NCBI GenBank assembly: GCA_951406725.2 | Contig: OX597816.1 | Location: forward strand, 68,696,001 to 68,760,000 | Reading direction: 5' to 3' | Length of the DNA stretch: 64,000 nt | DNA from: Octopus vulgaris | Lineage: Eukaryota | Part shown: piece by piece, positions 1 to 13,571 of the stretch | Layout of the letters: each line of letters opens with the position of its first letter | How positions within the stretch are numbered: the first letter of the stretch is position 1 | Program-made: the position numbers and the translations under genes | Notes under the pieces: model-generated | Seen by the model: only the letters and a program-made list of their open reading frames with translations | Told to the model about the DNA's origin: nothing | Databases searched by the model: none

Positions 1-112
1 AGTACTTTCAAATCAGTAGATCCTACTTTCAATGAAATTAGGGTATTGTACTTCTTTAATATTTTAATGGCACCCCTAAAAATGTCTCAACACTTCTGGA
101 ATGCATCACGTG

Positions 113-147
<35 letters not shown>

Positions 148-229
148 GTGTGTGTGTGTGTGTGTGTGTGCGTCTGTGTGTGTGTATCTCTTCAGTCTTT
201 TTCATCATGTTAAACAGTTAATACCGACA

Positions 230-390
230 TATTCTTTCTCTCACTGTTGTTTTTCGTTGTCTCTCTAAACCTTTCTGTAGACGAACGCAGGTCCGAAACG
301 TCAAGCAATTTCCCAGTCTTCCCGAGCGTCAAACTAAAACCCCTGCTTGTTGTTTCCTCACCTGTCCCTTTTTTCTGTAAATTTGAACCA
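230..390 (+). mobile_element. PLE-derived short repeat (pLTR-like) with decayed hammerhead-like motif
   Basis: ctttctgtagacgaacgcaggtccgaaacgtcaag then cgagcgtcaaactaa...cacctgtc; homologous to copies at 16320, 24100, 27530, 31720 and 42750. Confidence 0.5.
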
Positions 391-479
391 TGTCTCAATG
401 TGTGTGTGTGCGTATGTATGTATGGAAATTTTTCGGTAACTTCGTAATACTAGGACATATATATATGCATGTTTATGTA

Positions 480-511
<32 letters not shown>

Positions 512-1401
512 GATGTGTGCATGTATATATATGTATATAGTCTATAAATCTTGCACACAGCAAGCACTAAAATGGAAAAATAGAGAAATAATATAACAAT
601 TCGAGAATTCAACTTAAACAGCGTAACATATAAATAGGAAAAGACTTCAAAAAGTTTTATTATTTAAAAATAATGACTTACTCTTAATTCAAAGCATATG
701 ATTCATGTCTTCTGTCTGTTGAAATAATGAAATTTGTTACTTAATTTCACATAAAATCTTCCAGAAACTGATAACTGTATAGATATAAAGTTCGGGTTAT
801 AAACATTCTTAACTATAAAATGTCTTTATATTTTTCTCTATAAAAGAATAACACAATGATTTTTAACAGAATGAAACAAGTGTTAGACAATATATGATTT
901 ATAGATAATTTTATGGAACTAGCTCTGTCATAATATTGCTATGAGTTTAACGACGTGGATATATGATATACAATACACAGGAAATATACAGATCGTAACA
1001 AGTCGAAGACGAGAGATCTCTCAAATCATTCCCTAAACTTTTCTCATATCATCCCCTATCAATTTCACGAAGCGAAGTATACTTACAGACACAATCACAT
1101 ACATTCATGCACATATACATACATACATGCATACATACAGGCTTTGAATTCTATGGGGAAATCTATGGAAGTAAATTTAGTATATACGCACGCATAGAAA
1201 CACACAAAAGCACACAGAGATACATTCACACATGCACCCACAAACACATACGCACATTGACACTCAAACACACACGCACACGGAAACACAAACACACACT
1301 CATACACACACAATCACATATTGCTTTAAAAGTTTTATAGAGAACTACCTACTTCTGAAGTCATTACTATAACGCATTTTAAGCACATCTTTATGTATGT
1401 T

Positions 1402-1433
<32 letters not shown>

Positions 1434-1454
1434 TGTATGTATGTATGTATGTTA

Positions 1455-1525
1455 ATGGATCACAGCACCAATAACAGTTAAGCTTCGCGCAATGGCTATA
1501 CTCGATAACGAGGGGGCAGCCATCA
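1455..1525 (+). mobile_element. RTE LINE extreme 3' end within (TATG)n
   Basis: gatcacagcaccaataacagttaagcttcgcgcaatggctatactcgataacgagggggcagccat matches the 3' end of the RTE at 47725-48035; (TATG)n on both sides. Confidence 0.7.
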
Positions 1526-1536
1526 TGTATGTATGC

Positions 1537-1856
1537 AAAGGAAGAAGAGAAAGAAGAAGAGAAAAGAAAGAAGAAGAGAAAAGAAAGAAGAAGAGAAAAG
1601 AAAGAAGAGAAAGTAGAAGAGAAAGAAGAAGCAGAAGAAGAAGAGAAAGAAGAAGGAAAGGAAGGAAAAGAAGAAAAAGAAGACAAAGAAGAAAATGAAG
1701 AAAAGAAAGAAGAAGAAAAGAAGAGAAACAAGAAACGGAAGAAGACGGAAAAGAAGAGAAAGAAGAAGGGAAAAAAGAAGAAAAGGAAGGAGAAGAAGGA
1801 AAAGAACACAAAGAAGAGAAAGAAGAAGAAAAGGAAGCAGAGAAACAAGAAAGGGA
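1537..1856 (+). repeat. GAA-rich polypurine tract
   Basis: Almost entirely A/G on the + strand; degenerate gaagagaaagaa units. Confidence 0.9.
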
Positions 1857-2023
1857 ATGTATGTATGTATGTATGTATACATGCCCCACTATTATATATC
1901 TCACTATTATAAGACCTACTACCTTAGACCCCACCATTATCCCCTGAATGTTTACTGATGATTTTGGTGTTTTTCCTATCACTAACACAGGTGAGTAGAA
2001 TATTTATAAAGTTTCGACAATAT

Positions 2024-2790
2024 AGTGAACTGGCAGAATTGTTAGCACGCCGGGCGAAATTCTTAGCGGTATTTCGTTCGCCATTACGTTCTGACTTCAA
2101 ATTCCGCCGAGGTTGACTTTGCTTTTCATCCTTTCGGGGTCATTTAAATAAGTACCAGTTACGCACTGGGGTCGATATAATCGACTTAATCCCTTTGTCT
2201 GTCCTTGTTTGTCTTCTCTGCGTTTACTCCCTTGCGGGTAGTAAAGAAATAGGTATTTCGTCTGCCGTTACGGTCTGAGTTCAAATTCCACCGAGGTCGT
2301 CTTTGTCTTCCATCCTTTCTGGGTCGATAGAATAAGTACCAGTTACGCACTGGGGTCGATATAATCGACTTAATCCCTTTGTCTGTCCTTGTTTGTCTTA
2401 TCTGCGTTTACTCCCTTGCGGGTAGTAAAGAACTAGGTATTTCGTCTGCCGTTACGGTCTGAGTTCAAATTCCACCGAGGTCGTCTTTGCCTTTCATCCT
2501 ATTGGGGTCGATAGAATAAGTACCAGTTACGCACTGGGGTCGATATAATTGACTTAATCCCTTTGTATGTCCTTGTTTATCTTCTTTGTGGGCAGTAAAA
2601 AAATAGGTATTTTCATCTGCAGTTACGGTCTGAGTTCAAATTCCACCGAGGTCGTCTTTGCCTTTCATCCTTTCGGAGTCGATTAACTAAGTACCAGTTA
2701 TGCACTGGGATCGATGTAGTCGACTTAAACCCTTCATCTGTCCTTGTTTGTCCCCTCTATGTTTAGCCCCCTGTGGGTAGTAAAGAAATA
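2024..2790 (+). mobile_element. tRNA-derived Meta-domain SINE with 4 tandem body units
   Basis: One head (gaactggcagaattgttagcacg); body gaggtcgactttgcctttcatcctttcggggtcgat...aagtaccag resembles the MetaSINE domain; units start at 2068, 2252, 2436 and 2606. Confidence 0.8.
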
Positions 2791-3407
2791 TATATTTAGT
2801 AATTCTTATCTGCACTGTCGTCTGCATATCTATTTCAGATAAATTCGAGTCACCCATTTCTACATTTCGGCAGATGACATGAATTTTGGAATTTTTACTA
2901 AGCAGATTAGATTGCAGAAACATTTCTATTGTATTTAAATGTATATATACAAACATACGTATACTTTACAACTGAGATGCATTCATATTTGTCTTATTTC
3001 ATGAGTTTAATGAAATCTATATAATATACTTTATTTCTAGTTTGCTCTGTTTTTGTCTACTTCAATACTTGTTAGACAATGTTCATGCTGGGGGCATCGC
3101 CTTGAACGGTTTAAGTCAATCAAATCGATCGCACTACTTATGGCTAAAGTATTGTATTGATTTTATCGATCTCTTTTTTTTTATCAAACTGCTAGGTTAC
3201 GGAGACATACACAGACTAACAATGGTTGTCATGATATAGGAAATATTATGTTATACACTACCGATTACTTTGAAACACTGCAGAAATTCAGAAACAACAA
3301 AGGACTCTCGAACTTGCCCTCACGACCTGCCAGAACTAGTAGCTAAATTACTATGAAACAATGTCTATTGTCTTTAAGATCTAAATGATTTAATAAATGA
3401 TCTTGTC

Positions 3408-3408
3408 C

Positions 3409-3442
<34 letters not shown>

Positions 3443-3839
3443 AAAGAGAATGAAGAAGAAGAAAAGGAAGAAGAGAAAGAAGAAGGAAAGAAAGAAGAGA
3501 AAGAAGGAAAGAAAGAAGAGAAAGTAGAAGAGAAAGAAAAGAAAGAAGAAAAGGAAGAAGAGAAAGAAGAAGGAAAGAAAGAAGAGAAAGAAGGAAACAA
3601 AGAAGAGAAAGTAGAAGAGAAAGAAAAGAAAGAAGAAAAGGAAGAAGAAGACAGAGAAGAGAAAGAAGAAAAGGAGGGAAAAGAAGACAAAGAAGAGAAA
3701 GAAGAAGAAAAGAAGAGAAACAAGGAACGGAAGAAGAAGAAAAAGAAGAGAAAGAAGAGGAAGCAGAGAAAGAAGAAAAGGAAGAAAAGAAAGAAAGAAA
3801 AAAAGAAAGAAGAAGAAGAAGAAAAAGAAGAAGAAGAAG

Positions 3840-3868
<29 letters not shown>
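3408..3868 (+). repeat. GA/GAA polypurine tract, homologous to 1537-1856
   Basis: Shares motifs gaaaagaagagaaacaagRaacggaagaag and ggaagcagagaaa; ends in pure (GAA)n. Confidence 0.9.
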
Positions 3869-3870
<2 letters not shown>

Positions 3871-5909
3871 GATATATTTATGAGTTGACTACTTTTTGTC
3901 ATGTCTGCTCGATAAATCCCAACTTATAGTCTAAATAAAACATTACCACAAAGAGAACCAGTTAGAGGCAAACGATGGACTCAGGTGCGTATAACATGAT
4001 CTGATAATATTTATATGAATAAGTAACTAGGCCACCTGGACAATGGGGAATAAAATGTTCTTGTTAGAAACAGAATAAAACGCCAATGGCAGATTCAACT
4101 TTAAAATTCACAAGTTGCTGTACAAAATGTGCAATCGTTCGGTGGTTTTAGTTGCTATGTGTCCCTCAGTATGGTCTATGAAGTTATGGAATCAGATTTT
4201 AAAGCTTGGATAAAGTTTTTTATTATTGTGTCATGACAGACCATTTATTGTCCTTATTTGCAAGACAGACATTTCCATGTTGCAAATGTTGCCCTCAAAG
4301 AAAGGGAACGATTGATGACATTCCGCTTCATGTGTCGTTCTAGGCGATGGTGTAAGAATTCAAAATGCCAGGAAAGGTTCCACGAAGCAGGCGTCCTGTC
4401 TGAGGCTTTAGCAATTCTACAATTCCAAAGCGATGGACAGTGCAATGTTTATTTTAAATGTATAGATATTCGGTAAAAGGGTTTAAGAAAATGAAAACAA
4501 TGTACCAAGGGAAATTGGTTATCGGTCTAAATAAATATCTAAAACACGGCCGGTGAGATTTATATTTCCTTTGATATAGAGTTTAACAAAGTTTATTTAC
4601 ATAAGAATTTATTTAAAGACTCCGTATGAATTAGAGGCGAAACTGGTATGATTTGAACTCTGACAATAAAGAACCCGATCTAATACTGCAATGTCCTATC
4701 TGATAATTTAAAAACGCTGCCAAATGTTCCGCCTTAATTTTAATTATAATTCGTAATAAATATCTAAAATAAAACCATTTTGATAGATAGATGAAATTAT
4801 TCCTGGTACAATTATATGAGATATTTTCTAATGAGAAAAGCAAACCTCCGAAAATAAGTTCAGAGGTTAAATATTTAGAATATGAAATTTTCACTGTTCA
4901 GAATAGGACTGATTGCCCGCGGATACAAATGTTATCAAATCAGATCAGATTGACTTAGAGCTGATAATAAGATTAAGTAAATTACAACGCCGCAAAATAA
5001 GAAATATAAGCAATTGTGCCAAATATATAGAAAAATGCCTGTTACTTTTAGATACACTGTTTCCTTATAGTTTATATAATCTCCAGTTATTTCTCATAAC
5101 TAAAACTGATTTATAGTTTGAGGTTCTTTTTCTTACGTTAAAATATTATTCGCTCGTTTTTTGGCAGTTTCTTAAGAATATATATTAAATATGATGATGA
5201 TTAAACCCGCTGTCTCCAAAGTAATGTTTACGTTTTAAATGTTATAGAACAACCATTTTGTTTACATTCTTAAATCGTTTCAATTGACGTCACGCCAAAA
5301 TTATCAAAACCAGTTTATAATAAAGAATATAAAAGGTGTTGTTCACAATGAATAACTAAGGAATTATGAAGACACACTTGATATAGTTTCTTTACAATTA
5401 ATATGAAATGCATAACCTTAATGGAACAAATACTTTCAATGATATCAATTAATAGCTTTCGTTTATTTTCCGTAGATTTTAGAGTGCTTATTAGAGAATG
5501 AGAAGAAAACAAAAGATTTTGAACTTGTCGCCCTTAAGGAAGCTTAAAGCTGAATAAGAGTACTTCAGAAAATGAAGTAGCATTTTGATCAATAAATATT
5601 CAAGTATTTTAAATAATTCTATGTAAAATACGTGTTTTGGGGAAATTTACAGTTACATAAAATAAAATGACTGCCATGGGTTTTCAATAAGGACATTCAC
5701 TGTAATATTCTCAATAGTGTTTCATAAAATAAATGTTCAAAATTACATTAACTCTTAATAGATTTCTCTAATGCTGCCGATATATATTTCCATGGAATAA
5801 TGTAATTGCGGAGGATTACATAGCAAACGAGAAAATCCCTAGAGCTGCATAAATTTCTTAAGATAAGACAGCTTCGTTTCTTCTCTTAGAATATTTCATA
5901 TCAATAAAG

Positions 5910-6659
5910 AGGCGAGTTGGCAGAAACGTTAGCACGCCGGACGAAATGCGTAGCCGTATTTCGTCTGCCGTTTCATTCTGTGTTCAAATTCAGCCGATGT
6001 CGACTTTGCCTTTCATCCTTTCAGGGTCGATAAAATAAGTACTAGTTACGCACTGGGGTCGATATAATAGAGTTAATCCGTTTGTCTGTCCTTGTTTGTC
6101 CTCTCTGTGTTTATCCCCTTGTGGGTAGTAAGGAAATAGGTATTTCGTCTGCTGTTACGTTCTGAGTTTAAATTCTGCCGAGGTCAAATTTGCCTTTCAT
6201 CCTTTTGGTGTCGATAAATTAAGTACTAGTTGCGTGGTGGAGTCGATCTAATCGACTGGTCCCCTTCCCAAAATTTTGGGTAGTCAGTTCTGGGTAGTAA
6301 AGAAATGGGTATTTCGTCTGCCGTTACGTTCTGAGTTCAAATTCCGCCGAGGTCGAATTTGCATTTCATCCTTTCGGGGTCGATTAAATAAATACCAGTT
6401 ACGCACTGGGGTCGATGTAATCTACTTAATCTGTTTGTCTGTCCTTGTTTGTCCCTTCTGTGTTTATCCCCTTGTGGGTAGTAAAGAAATAGGTATTTCG
6501 TCTGCTGTTACGTTCTGAGTTTAAATTCTGCCGAGGTCAAATTTGCCTTTCATCCTTTTGGTGTCGATAAATTAAGTACTAGTTGCGTGGTGGAGTCGAT
6601 CTAATCGACAGGCCCCCTTCCCAAAATTTTCGGGTCTTGTGCCTAGAGTAGAAAAGAAT
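5910..6659 (+). mobile_element. Meta-domain SINE tandem array (ABAB)
   Basis: Head ggcgagttggcagaaacgttagcacgccgg; four bodies alternating two tail types; 6139-6278 repeated at 6492-6630. Confidence 0.8.
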
Positions 6660-6996
6660 ATATACCAATGCATATATCTAAAGCATATTTTTGAAACGCT
6701 GTTGGGGATCCCCAGTTTACTATTTTATTATGTGGACCCTGGTCGAGGACAGCTGGTTTAGAGTATAAACAACGTAGACACGCCGTCTGTATGCAAAACA
6801 AAGAACGAGTAGATAAGGCAGTGTTCTATTTTTCAGGGAGCATTAAACAGCCAACTGCAAATAGTTATGCAGTTAATATGCGAAAATATTGCAGAAATGA
6901 ATCGGAAATGAAATTTTACAGGTGAACATCAAATAGAAGTGAAATTGCACAACGGAATGAAATTGCACACCGGAAACAAAGTAACAGCTATATATG

Positions 6997-7079
<83 letters not shown>

Positions 7080-9520
7080 GTTAAAATAGCCTCATTAAGA
7101 GATAGAAAATAGCCAATGAATTACTGATTTGTTGCCTATTATTTTGTTGTGAATAGTAATATGCCTAAAATAATAGGTTTACGTATAAATCCTGGTTTAT
7201 AAATATTCAAATTAAAATCCAGAAAATGGAAGGGTAGCATTAATATAATTTATTAACTGCAAAAATTCAGCAGGGACTTTAATTTTTGTGTATATATATA
7301 TATGTGTGTGTGTGTGTGATTTTTGGGGAGTAATATGTATATGTCAATTACTGTGTTGAGTAAAGTACATTCACAGTTAGGGTTACCTGGTGTCATCTCA
7401 GAGCTATATTCTGAAGAGTTTCTAAATAATTGTATGGCATATTTCATTGCTGGGTATAGAAAAACACACGTATTTAGAGAAATAAGTACTATGTCCCTAA
7501 ACAAGAACCATTGCAATTTAGAAATACTTATGTGGTGAGGTAAAACTAATATTATTTAAGATAGTTTAGTTAAATACATTGTATAACTCTAGGCATATAT
7601 AAGTTTTATTATAACCTCCTCATTGAAGCATAAATGCTGAAGTAATAATGGGGTGTATAAGAAAACAAGTTCAGTTAACTAGTATTCGATATGTTGGATT
7701 AGGATATCCACCATTCTCATTTTGATATCAGACAATCCTGGCGTATACCAATTATACATCAGTAGCGTATTTCTGACATCCGATCGTCTGTAGCTTCTGT
7801 TCAATTAAGGGAATACCGTAAAGTATATTTTTGAGGATTTTGACAAGTCAGGAACGCAGACCCTTGCCAGTGGAGTTCTCTTTCTGAGGAATCTATCGCC
7901 TCATCTGTTCGTATTTGCAAGTATGCAAAACACTTCAAAATACTGTAAATTTAGCAACCTGTTAAATTCTTTGTCTATTTTATTTCGTTTTCCCATGGTA
8001 TTGGTATGCATTTTTTGCGTTAAATGTGTTTAGTCAGGTTCTGCTCTAGATTACTGCACGCTGAATAAAATATGCTGAGGAATAATCTTTTCGTTTATAA
8101 ATCGATAACACCCATGGTGAATGATTCTAAGTTTCATACAAGTCCAAACATACATGAAAACATCTTCAGCTGTTATTCATACATTATTTAATTAATGTCA
8201 TTTTAGGATTGATCGAGAACCTATTTCTAGCAGAAACGAGTAAATGCAATCTGTAAAATAAATAATGAAGAGAAGCTGATAATTTGTGCTGATAGTTTGT
8301 ACTGATGAACTGCAGTGTAAAGTTGTACTTTTGGCAAAAGTCAGTATGACTTTTATCACGTATACAACATGGACTCTGGGATTAAGAAGTTACCTGTTTT
8401 CCAGTTCGATTCCATTTTGGGGCATTTTAGGTTCATCTGTTCTACCTTCAGCCTTGTATGTGAAATTTCGTTGACAGAATCTGTACGAGGCTTTCAAGAA
8501 ATCTCGTTTCCCTTTGTAGGTGACAGACTTATTTCACAGTGTAGTCTGTCACTCACATCAATACTACAGTCATCTTAAATTCAATCCACTACTTAGCAAA
8601 AATTCGGATTAGATTTAAGATCTGATAAAAATTTACATTTCTTTCACGAACCCCAGACGTCCCCACTAAAAGGGTGATTAGAACCTCGCATCTTTTGACT
8701 AAACGCATTAAAATTTTCAAGACCATATTCGTTGATATTTTCATCGTCTCTTACAAGGTCTGGGTATCAGGTGCTGACTAGTTACACATGCCAGCGAGAC
8801 CGAAGAGATGCTTCGTGTTATTTCAACCTGCTCTATGTCTTCCGAATTCAAGTAGCGCTGCATCCAGCTTCGATTTTTATTCTTCCAAGGTGAATAAATT
8901 AAGGAACTAAGTTAGATAGTATCGAATAAACCAATACCTTCAAAACTGCTACATCTGCTTTAGAAGCAGTTATGATGTTTCCTACGATTTTAGTGAGATA
9001 TTTAATAGACTTTTACCGTGGCATGTCGGAAGATGCAGCAGAAACACTTGATTTGACAAAGAAACCATTAGCTAAAGTACAAGTATTGCATTACACCAGC
9101 TCAGTTCAGTCAGAAGTGAAGACCTATTTCTTACATTTATTTCTAATTCTCTAGGCGAATGTATTGTTGCTATTTCTTTCAACTTCCCGTCATCTCTGAG
9201 TACTAGAGATTTAGCTATACAAATTTAGCCTTTACTTGCTAACATAATTTTGTTATATAGCTGAAAACCAAAACGTATTCATGCGTTGGATACTAGACTT
9301 AATATGTTAGCCGACTGCACACAGGCAGGAGAGCCATGTTGAATGCCTGTATCTAAGACAACCTTGCTGCAAGTATTTGAGACATCATTCAATTTGAGGA
9401 GGACATTTTCCATTCCATGTAACAGTCTGATATCTTTGGAATGACGACACACCATTCAAACAAAATTTCCCCAGTTTTCATCTAGTAGTAGTAGTAGTAT
9501 TAGTATTAGTAGCAGTGGTG

Positions 9521-9551
<31 letters not shown>

Positions 9552-9644
9552 GCCACGGAATAAAGTATATTCTGTGAAACACGTGTTTTTGTTTCTCATG
9601 AAATAATAGATTTTTCAAACAAAACACACTCCACTCTCTATCTT

Positions 9645-9684
<40 letters not shown>

Positions 9685-10625
9685 AGTTATTAAAAACAAG
9701 TACATTGTTTAATATTGTATATTTCTTTTATTTTTCGCATTTTCATTCTTTCAGCCATATATGCGTTTGATTTTTGCTGTTTCCGGAAAACAATGATACC
9801 AAAGAAATAATCAAGTATTTCTCTCAACCATTACATCATAGTTAGTTGTTTATATCAAGTTGTAAATGTCTCTTTCTCTCTCTCTCACTCAATACTGGAA
9901 GTATCATTTTTTTTAATGATGTGACATTTCTGATGCAGCGTTATTGTACACCACTTTAGATGCAAGTGAACATATTTTAGTCGGTAACTTAAAAGTACCA
10001 GATAATGGGCTTCATCAGCATTTCAACAATACAGCATTAACACTTTTTTTTACATTCATTTAGACTATAGAATGTTTTTGTGATAGTAGTTCCACACAGA
10101 GACAATCTTCAGTAAAAGAATACTGTTTATGCTTCATTTATTTATTTTCTGGCACTAAAACTTAGCAGTTTCATAGAGAAACCAGGTGAGCAATTTAGCA
10201 AGCGGACATAATTTTCATTCCGACCAAATCAATATAATAATATGTATGTAGAGTTCTCTTGTGACACAGACGTATTTTTCTCATGAAATTCGTCATCAAA
10301 GCAATACGTTCGCCAGCTTTAATATTTAATATTCTATTGGTATACTATTTCTATTCTTATCATATAATTTTATCCTCATAATCAGTTTAAAGAAATTGAG
10401 CCATAAGAAAACATCTCAAAATAGTGATTCTATATCAGATCCTATGCTGAATATTTCCCATTTTGCAATAATTGTATGTCTTAGAATATCTTTTAGTATG
10501 CGCTTTAAAGATTTAAGTGTTGCAGATATAAGAATCAGAAGTGATCAACAGAAATTGTTGTAAGATTTGCTTTGCCTTTCAAAGCAACTATTTTGATATT
10601 ACATTTAAAAACAAAGTAGTTATAA

Positions 10626-10663
<38 letters not shown>

Positions 10664-11389
10664 AGGAAAATGAGATGTTTCTATTTATAAATTATCGATA
10701 GCGTATGTGGTTGAACTTAAAATAAATTAGACATTGTGTTCTAGTATACAAGAATACAAGCAACACAATAAACCTCATACATATGCATTTATTCAAATTC
10801 TACTTCTACAAATTTAAATCGAGGAGATATGACGCTGTGACGCAAAACTGAAAGACAATAATAGCATCTACGAAAAATAAAACAACATAAGTGAAAAAAA
10901 AAGAGCAAAATCAATGAATAAGATCAATACCGTTTTTAGTACTTTATAGATTTTGAGAATATTTTAACACAATAGATATTGAGTTTGTACTCTTGTGGGC
11001 TAATAGTTTAGAGATATGAATGGAACCGGGATGGAATTTCGGTAGAATTTATTTTGTTGAAAGAGGGATTGGGAAAGAGTACAAAGTTATGTTGATGGAA
11101 TATAGTCGATGAACTGGAAAAATGTAAATGTATCCATTAGATTTTTATTGATGTTATGTAATATCAGAATGTTTAATGGATTAAAGTTTCTTTCAATGAT
11201 AGTAGATACAATGATGTTGAACAATAAAGAACAGTGTGAAACTGGTGGTAGAATATTATCTTACAATTTTACTTGCTAGGTTTACATGAAGTGGGAGGTG
11301 CTCCATGGTCTTCGCAAGCATTCCGATACCGGCGAAGAAGAGATCTGTGACTTGATAAATAATTGATTATTAACTGTGTTAAAGTGGTT

Positions 11390-12250
11390 TCAAGTTTTAG
11401 CACAAGGCCAGCAATTTCGAGGGAAGTGAGTCAATCGGTTACATCGACCCACTTCCCAGTTGCTACATATTTTATCGATCCCGAAAGGAAGAAGGGTAAA
11501 GTCCACCTTGGCGGAATCTGAACTCAGAACGTAAAAACGACGACAAACCGCTAAGCATTTTACCCGCCGTGCTAAAGACTCTACTAACATGTCACCATTC
11601 GAAATTTATAAATAATCATCCTTTCTACAATAGGTACAAGGCCTGAAATTTTTTTTTTTTTTGGTAGGGGTCGAATACATCAACCCCAGTAAGCAATTGG
11701 TGCTTAATTTTTCGACCTCGAAAGGATGAAAGTCAAACTCGACCCTGGTAATATTTGAACTCAGAACGTAGCGACGGGCGAAATACGACTAGGCATTTCG
11801 TCCAGCGCGCTAACCATTCTGCCAGCTCACCACCTTCATTAATTTATAAATAATCCTTTCTACTCTAGGCACAAGGCCTGAAATTTATGGAAGAGGGATA
11901 GTCATTTACATCGACCCCAGTGCGCAACTGGTACTTAATTTATCGACCTCGAAAGGATAAAAGGCAAAGTCATCCCCGGCGGAATTTGAACTCAGAACGT
12001 AGCGACGGGTGAATACCTATTTCTTTACTACCCAGAAGGGGCTAAACACAGAGAGGACAAACAAGGACAGACAAACGGATTAAGTCGATTACATCGACCC
12101 CAGTGCGTAACTGGTACTTATTTAATCGACCCCAAAACGATGGAAGGCAAAGTCGACCTCGGCGGAATTTGAACTCAGAACGTAACGGCAGACAAAATAC
12201 CGCTAGGCATTTCGCCCAGTGCGCTAACGATTCTGCCAGATCGCTGCCTT
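11390..12250 (-). mobile_element. Cluster of three Meta-domain SINEs (11390-11597, 11620-11836, 11855-12250 dimer)
   Basis: Reverse complement of the same head, Meta domain and tails as 2024-2790. Confidence 0.8.
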
Positions 12251-12499
12251 TTAATTTATAAATAATGGCTACGAAATACATGGCTATTTTTCAGGAATAA
12301 ATAAATAAATAAATAAATGTTCAATAGCATCAAGAATGGACTTTGCTTCATGTGAAGCGGTGTGCGTAACAGTAGGTGAATTTAACACTATGTATGATTG
12401 TCTAATTTTTCCCCGCTGAAAAATGCCTGAACATTTGATAAGATCTACGATGCTGTTAGAATTAGTGAAATAGGCGTAGTTTCATAATAATAATTGCCA

Positions 12500-12790
12500 T
12501 GTTACTTAACCCTATCGCTTTCTGTGAAACAATCAACGTCTTTTCTTCACAGTCCTTGACACTAGGCTATAAGGCATTCGTCTTCCAGGTCTCGTTGGTT
12601 TGGAATTGTCGTCGATGTTTCTGTAACTTAAGCGCGTACATTTTTACTCCTGGATAGAGAGAGAGAGACATTATTCATCTGATCTCTACGCTTTGAGCCG
12701 CCCAGCATGAAAGGCCCTACAAGTAGAATGCGCACCACTGCATAGGTCTTAGGGTCATTAAGGCACACGTGCCACCATTCAGCGAAAAGT
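12500..12790 (-). mobile_element. Old RTE-derived non-autonomous element (5' UTR plus 3' end)
   Basis: Minus strand gtgccttaatgaccctaagacctatgc...tagggcctttcatgc resembles RTE/Expander 5' UTRs; homologous to 18960-19335. Confidence 0.45.
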
Positions 12791-12883
12791 ACTTGTGGTG
12801 AACACGACACTGTATTTTATTTTGTATGCTAATGGATTTAAGTGGTTAGTTTTTATGAAAATGTAATATTCTTGAAGGGAAAT

Positions 12884-13197
12884 CATGTAACTTATTGGTT
12901 AGGGTATTCGACACACGATCGTAAGGTTGCGAGTTCACTCCTCGGCGATGCGTTGTGTCCCAGAGCAAAACACTTTATTTCACGTTGCCCCAGTCCACTT
13001 AGCTACTAAAAATGAGTAGTACTTGAATTTCAAAGGGCCAGACTTATCACATCCTGTGATCTCCCTGAGAACTGCGTTAAGGGTACACATGTCCATGGAG
13101 TATTCAGTCACATGCAAGTTACTTTCACGAGCATGCTGTTCTGTTGATCGGATCAACTGGAACACACGTCGTTGTAATAGACGGTGTGCGCCACAAC
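12884..13197 (+). mobile_element. tRNA-derived SINE family D
   Basis: A/B-box-like head, gttgtgtcc..gagcaa.acacttt, and a tail shared with family C (ttcacgagca.gctgtt..gttgatcggatcaactggaa). Confidence 0.7.
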
Positions 13198-13571
13198 ACA
13201 CCAGTATTCTTTAATCTATGTTTCGGTGTTGTAGTATGTAATGGCACCTTGGGTTGGTGTTGTCACATTAGACAGGCATACTTAGGGAGCGATCAAAGCT
13301 CTGTGGGAGATATTTCTTCCATATCTGCTATTGTGTGAAAGACTAATGGCGCATCTGTTCGTGCTTGCTCTTTCGATTGGAAGCTTAAACTCTTACGCAG
13401 TTAAATTCCAACATTTCGCTTTTAAGCCTCCATACTGCGTCAAGCATTTGGTTCTCTGGTCTGAGCGTAGCTTGTTACCATTTCCCTATTAGCCGCAGAG
13501 GTCTTGAGATGAGGCATGGGCGCTGCACGTCTTCTGTTTAAATCAGAAAAATAAAACTAGTTTATTAGAAA

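Noticed and set aside
682-715. 34-nt minus-strand micro-exon with strong splice signals (tttcaacag / gtaagt)
   Set aside because: Stops in all three frames and no linked exon can be established without transcripts.
1345-1988. Lys/Glu-rich and Phe/Ser-rich ORFs
   Set aside because: Translation of a GAA polypurine tract open in many frames; no coding signal.
2068-2790. CRISPR-like array
   Set aside because: Whole 184-bp units repeat without unique spacers; eukaryotic SINE sequence and no cas genes.
4254-4476. Overlapping short ORFs in unique sequence
   Set aside because: No recognisable domain, start context or splice structure.
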